Of a stretch of DNA of 64,000 nt, positions 38,289 to 46,183 are shown piece by piece (position 1 is the stretch's first letter; every line of letters begins with the position of its first letter). The stretch is from positions 1,033,606 through 1,097,605 of the forward strand of contig CAYYWQ010000001.1 of NCBI GenBank assembly GCA_964474825.1, in the 5' to 3' direction. Origin of the DNA: an uncultured Candidatus Saccharibacteria bacterium (GTDB taxonomy: Bacteria > Patescibacteriota > Doudnabacteria > UBA920). The position numbers and the translations under genes were made by a program. The notes beneath the pieces are model-generated. The model saw nothing but the letters and a program-made list of their open reading frames with translations. It did no database searches and was not told the origin of the DNA.

Positions 38289-40601
38289 ATGAATACAGAA
38301 TTTAATCCCATTGAGAAATATGGGCCAACTACTTTACCGGAGTCAAAATCAGAGCATGAACTGCGGGAATCAAAGGCAGAAGTTTTGGAATTAGGGAAAA
38401 GATTTATTCAAGGACGGGATTGGAAAGCACTGGAAGATTTAGTTAGATCTTTGCCGGACAATGATTTTCTTGTCACTCAAACTACTTTGTTACAGGAGTT
38501 AAATGATGGTTTATTTGATGTTCAACTGAAGCCTGGACCTGCCAATAGATATTTTGAAGAAGGGGACGGTTGGGAAACTTTACGCTGCGCCACAGAAATT
38601 ATAAGGAAAATGGGAAATAATCCCAGCTCATCCAAATATTTGCATAAGGTTATGGAGATGGACAGGATTCCTAAGGTTGTTTTAAAAGAAGGGCAAGCTG
38701 CCATTACTAATGATATAAATGCAGGAGCTGATTTAGATATTGATGTTCGTTGGTTTTATTATAGGGCATTGACAGAGGCTTTTTTAAAATTTCCAGACGA
38801 TCGAGCCCTGCTCGCGGTAAAGCAAATTTTAAATAAGATTGACCAGCAGGTACTTGAAAATACCAGACATTATTACTACCCTGAGGGAAAAGATATAACA
38901 GGGAGTTTTGAAGAAACGCCACAGGAGTTGTTTGACTATCAGTTCAAGGCTGCGGAATCTAATATGCCCAGTGACTTAATTGCAGGCATATCCGCCGGTG
39001 ATATGGCAGTTGGCACTAAGTCTTTTATAATAAAAAAATTAGGGGGAGCCAAACAGCCGGAATCACTTCCTATGTTTTTAGAAGTGATAAAGCTCGAAGG
39101 CTCAGATGCCCCAATATATTTTCATCCTATATTGGAGGCTCTTAGGCAATTGGACCAAAATTTGGTGGCGGACAAGCTCTTAAATTTGGTTAAGAGCGGA
39201 AACCCATTTGAAAAAAGAAGCGCATTATGGCTGCTATATAGGTTGGAAATTGGACAAGTTGGGGTTTCTGAAGAAGGCGTACATTATTTGCATAAAGTTT
39301 ATGACGTGGGAAACTATAATAATCCTAATTATTATGTACAACGCTTAACTTCCGGTGGGCAGGTTGGTATTTTTTCCCAAGAGGGAAAATTTGAGAAATA
39401 TTTTAATTTGGAGGGATTGGGCAGTGAAGAACAGCGCATTAGAGCTAAATTGTTGGACATTACCTACGCTACTTTGTTTGGGCATCACGCTAAGGAGAAG
39501 CCGGAAGAACGCAAACAAAGAACAAAGTTATTAGAGGAGTTTCAGTTAAAATATTTTGAATTTTTACAACACGATTTTTTCAATGATCTTCCAGTAAAGT
39601 TTTCTGATTTAACTTTTCCGGAACAAGGGCAGTTTTTAAAATTTTATTCTGACTCTGAGGAGTCAGAAAGAGCGAGACTGAAAGATTATTGTAAGAAGTT
39701 TGGGCTAACTGGGTTTCGTTCATTAATGTCTTTGGATTATGATGGGGGTGTCGCCGCCAAGCTTTTAGACATGGCCGAAAGTTTGCCTCAGTCACGAATG
39801 CAGATGATTTTAGATAAATATGTGGCAATAGTTTCCGCAGCTGATACCGCGGAAATGGCACTTTGGGAAAACTTACCTCAATCCGCAAATGCTTCTCCAG
39901 ATTTAAAAGAACGGGTAAGAGAATTTATTATGGAAAAAGGTAGTAGATTTTTAAGGCATTTAGGGCTGGACGAATCTGAGGCATTTTCACACAAAGACAC
40001 AATCATGTATTTAAGTGGAATTCGTACAGAAGTAATGATTTATGCCGCTTTATTTAAAGAACTTTCTAAAATTAACAAACTTTCTATAACTGACATTAAA
40101 GACGCTAGGTTTGACATCGTCCCAGCTAAATTACTTTCTGAAGATGATAAAAAACAGATGTTGGAAATTTTTGCAAATAATAGAGACGAGAGCTATCCTT
40201 TAAAGTTGAGAGAAGCGACGTTAAGAAGTTTTGAGCAAACTTTACAAGCAGAAGGGCCGGTTTTTAGAGTGCTAAAGTACAAAGGAAGTATTGTGTCGTT
40301 TTTCCACGCTCAACCACAAGGAGAGGATGCTATTTATGTTGGATCTTTGAATTTGAGTCCTGACGCCCAAGACAGCTCTATTGCAGTTAGTATGGTAGTT
40401 GCGGCTTTGGAACAGGCCGGGACAGAAAAAAATATAACAGCTAAGGTTTGGTCTAAAAATGAAAAACTTTATAAATTTTATAAGCGCTATCTACATTTTC
40501 AAGATGATGGGGTAGAAGAGAATTATGAAGGAACGGGGGAAAATTATTACAAGCTAAAAAAACCAAAGCAGGAAGAATCTACTTTTGCAGTAGCGGCTTA
40601 A
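38289..40601 (+). CDS. Large hypothetical protein: helical/HEAT-like region plus C-terminal GNAT-like domain
   Basis: C-terminus IVSFFH..IYVGSLNLSPDAQDSSIA...LYKFYKRYLHF resembles GNAT motifs A/B. Confidence 0.6.
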   Translation: MNTEFNPIEKYGPTTLPESKSEHELRESKAEVLELGKRFIQGRDWKALEDLVRSLPDNDFLVTQTTLLQELNDGLFDVQLKPGPANRYFEEGDGWETLRCATEIIRKMGNNPSSSKYLHKVMEMDRIPKVVLKEGQAAITNDINAGADLDIDVRWFYYRALTEAFLKFPDDRALLAVKQILNKIDQQVLENTRHYYYPEGKDITGSFEETPQELFDYQFKAAESNMPSDLIAGISAGDMAVGTKSFIIKKLGGAKQPESLPMFLEVIKLEGSDAPIYFHPILEALRQLDQNLVADKLLNLVKSGNPFEKRSALWLLYRLEIGQVGVSEEGVHYLHKVYDVGNYNNPNYYVQRLTSGGQVGIFSQEGKFEKYFNLEGLGSEEQRIRAKLLDITYATLFGHHAKEKPEERKQRTKLLEEFQLKYFEFLQHDFFNDLPVKFSDLTFPEQGQFLKFYSDSEESERARLKDYCKKFGLTGFRSLMSLDYDGGVAAKLLDMAESLPQSRMQMILDKYVAIVSAADTAEMALWENLPQSANASPDLKERVREFIMEKGSRFLRHLGLDESEAFSHKDTIMYLSGIRTEVMIYAALFKELSKINKLSITDIKDARFDIVPAKLLSEDDKKQMLEIFANNRDESYPLKLREATLRSFEQTLQAEGPVFRVLKYKGSIVSFFHAQPQGEDAIYVGSLNLSPDAQDSSIAVSMVVAALEQAGTEKNITAKVWSKNEKLYKFYKRYLHFQDDGVEENYEGTGENYYKLKKPKQEESTFAVAA

Positions 40602-41380
40602 ACAGCTTTTGCATTTTGCCACAGTGCTTCAAATACAGTTTTGTGCATTTTGTAAATTGCAGGGTGTTCTATGGTCATACTGACAATTTTTCCGGCTTCC
40701 ATGCTAATGTAAGAAATCTTGCCGTCGTAAATGTACATTATGGTGGAAAAGGCCGCGGGCGCCGGTATAACGCGAACCTGGGTAACGTTGGGGTTAAAAG
40801 TTTTAGCGTGCTGCCGCACAAAAGCGGAGTCCACCATAATAATTTTTTTCTTTATGCCTTTAGTTGTCCGCGCTTCCGTAAAGTTTTTGTTAAGTTCAGG
40901 AAATTGTTTATTTAGCGCCTCGCTGTCTATGTAAGAATAAATTTCCGTAGCTGAAGTTAAAGAATCCTCCACGACCTGTTGTGCTCCGTCCAATCCTTCG
41001 AAAAATTTAATTGTTGGTTTGGTTGCCGCGAGTTGATAAAGACTTCTAAGTCCCGGTAAGGTTTTGCCCAATTCTTCCTCCGCCGTTGTAATGGCGGATT
41101 TTTGTTTAGCTAAAAGAAGTTCCAGGTGCTCTGGATGTTTGGCTATAAATTTGGTGGTGGTTTTTGGCAAGTCTTGTTTTTCTACTAATCCTTTGGCTAC
41201 TAAGCTGTCCAGGTGGTAGTAAGCGTTGCCGCGCTTTAACTTGGTGTGGAATAAAATTGGCTTCATGCTTTGCGGACCCAAGTTTAAAAGCAGCTCGTAG
41301 ATTTGGGCTTCGTTTTTGTTGAGGCCTAGTTTTTCCAGGAGGGGGATATAAGGGGATTGTTGTATTTGATTATTATCCAT
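40598..41380 (-). CDS. TrmB-family transcriptional regulator
   Basis: LGLNKNEAQIYELLL, RGNAYYHLDSLVAKGLV, IKFFEG, IYDGKI, FEALW. Confidence 0.9.
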   Translation of the reverse strand: MDNNQIQQSPYIPLLEKLGLNKNEAQIYELLLNLGPQSMKPILFHTKLKRGNAYYHLDSLVAKGLVEKQDLPKTTTKFIAKHPEHLELLLAKQKSAITTAEEELGKTLPGLRSLYQLAATKPTIKFFEGLDGAQQVVEDSLTSATEIYSYIDSEALNKQFPELNKNFTEARTTKGIKKKIIMVDSAFVRQHAKTFNPNVTQVRVIPAPAAFSTIMYIYDGKISYISMEAGKIVSMTIEHPAIYKMHKTVFEALWQNAKAV

Positions 41381-41388
41381 ATACCCTT

Positions 41389-41434
41389 ATTATGCGCCCT
41401 TTTTAGAATTTTGTCAAGTTAAAACTGACATTTT
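41389..41434 (-). promoter_or_regulatory. trmB promoter with overlapping TGTCA-N9-TGACA inverted repeat
   Basis: Minus strand TTGACA(41417)-17-CATAAT. Confidence 0.65.
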
Positions 41435-41500
41435 ACTATTAATTTAAGCCATTTATTTAAAAGAAATATAGAGTTTATATATTATTACATCAGTATATTA

Positions 41501-41529
41501 TTGACATTTTGTCAAATTTAGACTACAAT
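41501..41529 (+). promoter_or_regulatory. sigma70 promoter of the island with palindromic operator over -35
   Basis: TTGACA-17-TACAAT; palindrome TTGACA-TTT-TGTCAA 41501-41515. Confidence 0.75.
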
Positions 41530-42495
41530 GCGTAGTTAACATAAAAACAGCAAAAAGCACCTTTTACAATATATATGACTTTCTGAGGAGAGAGTCGGCA
41601 ATAGGCGCCGAAAAGCCTGGTAAATTAAGTCTTTTTGTCGCAATAAGCGGCTAATTGGTTATCTCTCCCAAAGAAATAGCTTGTTAGCCGCTTTTTTGGT
41701 AGAAGGGGATTTGGAGAAGAATACACCACATATTTCTTCTTCAAGTCTCTCTCTATAAAGAGGAGAGAGCCTGCGCTTAAAAAGAGCAGGTAAAAAATTC
41801 TTTTAAAACCATTTGTCTTGCTCAAAGGTTGGAGTAAGGATTAGAAACCCTAAAACAACCCCGCTCCATGCTCAGCATGGAGAAAGTAGACTTTAGCTAG
41901 AGTAGGTAAGTTACAGTGTTAAGCGCTTCGGCTTACAGGAAGCCGCGGCCCTGACCGCTTACCTATGGACCTAGCAATGAGTGCACCCTTCATAACCCAA
42001 AAGGTTGTGAAGGGAACAGTCATTGTTATAAGTAGAATATAGAATCTAGAAGATAGAATTTAGGAAATAGGTGCGTGCGGAAATTTTTATCGCCTGTGGT
42101 AAATATTTCTGCCCTCGCTACTACAGGAGTAGTGAGGTAGCACCTTAAAATTTTCAAATAAGATTTTAATTTTTGCTTAAGTTCGTCTTAAGCGTATTAG
42201 ATTTTGTCGGCAGCGTTGAGCAGCAAAGCTATGTCTTTGCTTTTTTAAGCTGCCGACAAGCCATGCATCTTTTTGGCGCATGGCAGCAGAAAAGGAGGCG
42301 GATATCGTGGAATACCCGCCGGGCAAGCAATAAAATTGCCGGGGTACAGCGTGAACCCTATCCCAAATTCGCTCGACAACTTCTGTGGCCTTTGCAGAAG
42401 ATCGTATTGATAAGGCAACCGGCAAGCAATTCTTGCCAAAGGAGGGTGGAAATGAAAACTCCACCTGGAAATAGGGGTAACTGGAAGAGGCCCAA

Positions 42496-42826
42496 AAAAC
42501 CAGCAACCGGAAACCTAGGGTATTAGTTGTCCCTAAGTGGAAGGTAAAAACCCGTCGCCGACAACTAAATGTGCTGCAGGAGTAAGGTAAGACTAGTAGT
42601 TATATTAGTAGGCTTGGATAAGGGCGTATGATCCTGGACTGAGTTAAAAGTATAATGAAGTGCTTATCTGAAACTGCACACATGGCAAGGAAGAGTCCTC
42701 CCTCCAGGAGGTGAGCGAGCTTGGGATAGTATCTCCGGGCCGCCTGCCTGGAGAAACTGCTCTATACCCCGAGGATCCGATGCTTCATGATTTGGGGTGA
42801 ACTTCCAGACGCCCAGGCACTTTGTT
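42496..42826 (+). repeat. Structured RNA motif, copy 1
   Basis: Ordered blocks AAAACCAGCAACC, GGAAGGT, GGGCGTATGATCCTGGA, CAAGGAAGA, GCGAGCTTGGGA, CAGACGCCC. Confidence 0.75.
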
Positions 42827-42901
42827 TTAGGAGGTGTGTTATGTTGAAACTTCCGTTTTAGCCCGGTCTCTGGATCCGGGCGAAGCCTGCCGCAAGGTAG
42901 G

Positions 42902-43182
42902 AAAACCAGCAACCAACCTATAGCAACAGATAGCTATGGGAAGGTTTACCCTAGGCCGTGTCTGTATGTTTTGTTAAGTAGTTTACGGAAAGGCGGATGA
43001 TCTGGAACGTAAACGAAAGGCGAGGCATGGTCGTGTGGTCCCGTGCGGCAACGGGACAAGGAAGAAAGTCTCTCCGCGTCTGTGGAGAGGATGGGCGAGC
43101 TCGGGACACAATTCCGCGGCTCGGCCTGTCCGAGTCCGCGGGAGAATGCCCAGAATCTTTCAGACGCCCGAGCGTTTTTGTT
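42902..43182 (+). repeat. Structured RNA motif, copy 2
   Basis: Same blocks in same order: AAAACCAGCAACC, GGAAGGT, GGCGGATGATCTGGA, CAAGGAAGA, GCGAGCTCGGGA, CAGACGCCC. Confidence 0.75.
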
Positions 43183-43240
43183 GTAAAAATCAAAACCGCC
43201 CGCGGCGCCGGATGATGCGCCAAGGGCAAAGGAGCTTGTC

Positions 43241-44308
43241 ATGGTTGAGGTAAAATGGGGTGCAAATGCGGATCGTCCGTATTGGTTTCCCTTTAGTGAT
43301 CAGATAAAAGAATGGCTCTCTAATAACGAGAGCCTGCCAGACACTTTGTTGTACCTGCGCCCAACGTATAAGGAGGGGCAGCAGGAGCAAGTGGCTGGAC
43401 GTTTGGTTGTTGTGCTGGGTCGTGATGATTGGCCGAGCACAAAAGGGACCCTTGAGGCGGAAGGGAGCTTGAAGATTGACTTCATTCCGCAGGGTAATTT
43501 TCTTCGGATTTGGGGGCTACCAAATTGTCCCGACCGGAGAGACGGCGAGGAGGTGGTGAGGATTCTGAGTCGTCTGTTGCCCGAGGTTGCAAAGACTGAC
43601 CCACAAAAAAAACTTGCAATAATGGCAATGGTCTCTGAGGCCTATGTTAAAGAGTGCTCGAAGAGATTTGAAAAAACCCTTGAAGGAACCCGCAAGGCGA
43701 TCAAAGACGGTAACGCAGCCGTGGCCAAGCTCCAAGTGGAGCTCGTGAAAAAGATTCGCGAGACCCGAGGGGCTGAGCGCAAGCTTGAGCAAATGGAGTC
43801 CTCGCGCGAAGCGCAGACCGAAGGATACGCGCAGGAGTTTAATAAACTCCTGCAGGTCCCTAAAGTCCGTAGGGTGGAGGCAAAGGAGGGCAAAGTGATA
43901 GTTTACACCGACGTTCTTTTTTGTACGGATCCCCGGACGGGGATATGTCACGAGATTGGCGCGTTCAGGATTGAACTAGTTGCGGATATGGGGATCCCGT
44001 ACTGGTTTAACTTAACCCGTTCCGTTGACGGGTACAACAATAGAATGCAGGCACCACATATTTACTCGAACGGGCAGGCCTGTCTGGGTAACGCCGCGGA
44101 AATCTTCCCGGAACTCATAGGTAACTATGAGTTTGCGGCCGCAGCCATGGTGGCTATCCAGTTCGTGGAGTCGGTGAACACCGACGACACGGCTGGAAAA
44201 CACATTGACAAGTGGCCGGTGGCGAAGGAGCAACCGGTCAAAATCGCAACCGCAACAAAGGTGGCAAATTTAGTGCCGCCACAACCGTCTTGGAGGAGCA
44301 ATGGCTGA
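43241..44308 (+). CDS. Coiled-coil protein with C-terminal prokaryotic E2/UBC-like domain
   Basis: SD AAGGAG; coiled coil ~aa130-200; APHIYSNGQACLGN resembles E2 HPNI..G.ICL with catalytic Cys; operon with JAB and E1. Confidence 0.7.
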   Translation: MVEVKWGANADRPYWFPFSDQIKEWLSNNESLPDTLLYLRPTYKEGQQEQVAGRLVVVLGRDDWPSTKGTLEAEGSLKIDFIPQGNFLRIWGLPNCPDRRDGEEVVRILSRLLPEVAKTDPQKKLAIMAMVSEAYVKECSKRFEKTLEGTRKAIKDGNAAVAKLQVELVKKIRETRGAERKLEQMESSREAQTEGYAQEFNKLLQVPKVRRVEAKEGKVIVYTDVLFCTDPRTGICHEIGAFRIELVADMGIPYWFNLTRSVDGYNNRMQAPHIYSNGQACLGNAAEIFPELIGNYEFAAAAMVAIQFVESVNTDDTAGKHIDKWPVAKEQPVKIATATKVANLVPPQPSWRSNG

Positions 44309-45035
44309 AAAGTTAAGGCGTGAGTGGGGCGGCGCCAAGAAGTTTGCGCCTCATGAATTTTCCTCGCGAGTAGAACTCGCGGGAGGCTTGCCTCGGGTTC
44401 TCGTGACCCGCGATGCGTACGAAGATATGTACTGCATCGTTGACGCGGTCGACAAAGAGGTAGGTTGGCTTGGCGCTGTCCAGCGTCTCGGAAATGATTT
44501 TCTGATCACGGAGGTTTTCCTCTTTGACCAGGAGACGCACGCGACAACGTGTGAGATCACGCCCGACGGCATGGCGGAGTTCGCCATGCAGCTCATGTCG
44601 TCCCGACCGGACGGCATGGAAGTAGCCAACTCAATCCGCTTCTGGGGGCACAGTCACGTGAATATGGGGACCAGCCCTTCGGGGCAGGACGAGACCCAAT
44701 TGCGTGAGCTGGCGGCTTCGTGTGGTGATTTTTTCGTTCGGGGCATTTTGAATAAGTCCGGACGGATGGAGTGGACCATCGTACTTGCTTCTGTTGGCGT
44801 CGTAATCCGCGACGCCGCGTGGGAGCTTTACGAACCCGCCGCCGATGCCCGCCGCCGACAGCGGTGGGAGGCGGAAATCGCAACTAAAGTCCGGGAAAAG
44901 ACCTACCCGCAACCGACCTTCGGGTCGGAACGTCGGTGGTCATCAACGATTATTCCCGGACCGGTCGCCTCCGCGGTCCCGCTCTCCAAGCGGGCACAGC
45001 GGCGGCTAGAGAAAGCGGGCAAAAATGGCCATTGA
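44301..45035 (+). CDS. JAB/MPN+ (JAMM) metallo-isopeptidase
   Basis: EVGWLG ... WGHSHVNMGTSPSGQD (E...HxH...S..D). Confidence 0.88.
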   Translation: MAEKLRREWGGAKKFAPHEFSSRVELAGGLPRVLVTRDAYEDMYCIVDAVDKEVGWLGAVQRLGNDFLITEVFLFDQETHATTCEITPDGMAEFAMQLMSSRPDGMEVANSIRFWGHSHVNMGTSPSGQDETQLRELAASCGDFFVRGILNKSGRMEWTIVLASVGVVIRDAAWELYEPAADARRRQRWEAEIATKVREKTYPQPTFGSERRWSSTIIPGPVASAVPLSKRAQRRLEKAGKNGH

Positions 45036-45732
45036 TCCGCTTCGGCATCTAAGCGTCTTTTCGCCGCATGCCTTTGGGCAGCGGCGGGTAGACGTAATTG
45101 GCTGCGGGGCCACAGGGTCCCGTATTGTGCTTTCTTTGGCGAAGCTCGGCGTGGAGAACATTCACGTGTGGGACTTCGACGTCGTCGAAGAGCACAACAT
45201 TCCGAACCAAGCGTTCTGGCAGGAAATGCACGTCGTGCACGATTCTGCCAAACCGAAGCTGGCGAAGGTCTCGGCCATGGCCGAGATCGTCGAGATCGCC
45301 ACGGGGACCAAAATCACCGTCCATCAGGAGAAGGTGGACGGCACCCAAAGCTTGGGTGAAGTAGTTTTTCTTCTCACCGACACCATGTTTTCGAGAAAGG
45401 AGATTTGGGAAGGAGCCTTGAAGTTCAAGCTCCGGACCGAACTCTTAATTGAGACCCGCATGGGTGCGGACTCGGGCCGGGTGTATAGCCTGGACCCGAA
45501 TAAGCTCGGCCAAATCAAAGCATACGAGGAGACTCTGTGTTCTGACGAAGAGGCCGAGGTTAGCGCTTGCGGCGCAAGTGTGTCGGTGGGGTCAACCGCG
45601 GAAGTGATTTCCGGACTCGCGGTCTGGCAAATGATTCGATGGTTTTCCATTGAGCAGGGAGGCGACGATGAGCTCGACAACGAGATCATTTTTGGCCTCC
45701 GCCCAATGCTGACCATCAGCAGGAAGTTTTGA
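45025..45732 (+). CDS. E1-like ThiF/MoeB family adenylyltransferase
   Basis: VIGCGATGS, DFDVVEEHNIPNQ, LTDTMFSR, candidate catalytic Cys in VSACG; lacks CxxC Zn motifs. Confidence 0.92.
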   Translation: MAIDPLRHLSVFSPHAFGQRRVDVIGCGATGSRIVLSLAKLGVENIHVWDFDVVEEHNIPNQAFWQEMHVVHDSAKPKLAKVSAMAEIVEIATGTKITVHQEKVDGTQSLGEVVFLLTDTMFSRKEIWEGALKFKLRTELLIETRMGADSGRVYSLDPNKLGQIKAYEETLCSDEEAEVSACGASVSVGSTAEVISGLAVWQMIRWFSIEQGGDDELDNEIIFGLRPMLTISRKF

Positions 45733-45733
45733 T

Positions 45734-46051
45734 ATGGGCTGGCTGGCGGGCCGTAACGAGATAATTCAACTTCGTCTCCAACCACCAAAGCCAACGGCCT
45801 ATGTTAATTTTGGTTCAGGTATTGAGTTCACTGCCGACTTCATTGTTGGTATGACACTTCGCAACCTGATCCAGTTTTTGCAGCAGAACTGTAGCTATCG
45901 TTCTATTCACGGCGATGAAATCCCGTGGTTGCATGACTTCCTGCGAACCGGCGACCTTAAGAATTTCCCGGCGGATTTGGACTATGTTATCCAGCCGGGT
46001 GACAAAATTGTTCTGGACTTAACGAAGTTGTTGAGTCCGGTAAGTAAGTAA
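45734..46051 (+). CDS. Putative beta-grasp (ubiquitin-like) protein without terminal Gly
   Basis: GMTLRNLI and DLDYVIQPGDKIVL match ThiS/MoaD-like helix and last strand; starts 1 nt after the E1 stop. Confidence 0.5.
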   Translation: MGWLAGRNEIIQLRLQPPKPTAYVNFGSGIEFTADFIVGMTLRNLIQFLQQNCSYRSIHGDEIPWLHDFLRTGDLKNFPADLDYVIQPGDKIVLDLTKLLSPVSK

Positions 46052-46183
46052 ATGTAGTATAGAGGCCGGCATTGCCGCCCGTCGAATGTAGACGTTAAAA
46101 AATATGGGTCCCAAAGGGATTAAATTTAAAACCCATCCGCAGTTTGTAGAGCATTGGCAAACAGCGAAGACAGGAGTAAAACA

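Larger units (their letters stand above)
41536..43227 (+). ncRNA. Candidate ~1.7 kb highly structured leader/ncRNA region
   Basis: No credible long ORF; near-continuous hairpins; two tandem copies of a conserved motif in the 3' part. Confidence 0.6.

Noticed and set aside
42071-42080. GTGCG group II intron-like 5' end
   Set aside because: No domain V/VI or reverse transcriptase seen.
42686-43173. Resemblance of the tandem motif to RNase P, T-box stem I, lysine riboswitch or HDV ribozyme
   Set aside because: Only isolated sub-motifs match (AGTA/GAA, GGAAG); diagnostic cores are missing. A covariance-model search is still needed.
41625-43253. Short ORFs of 64-117 aa in the leader region
   Set aside because: Mostly non-ATG starts without SD, overlapping on both strands; conservation between the repeat copies is structural, not codon-based.
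45025-45732. ThiF/MoeB as a cofactor-biosynthesis enzyme
   Set aside because: No thi/moa/cys genes nearby, no CxxC motifs, and context includes E2-like and JAB genes.
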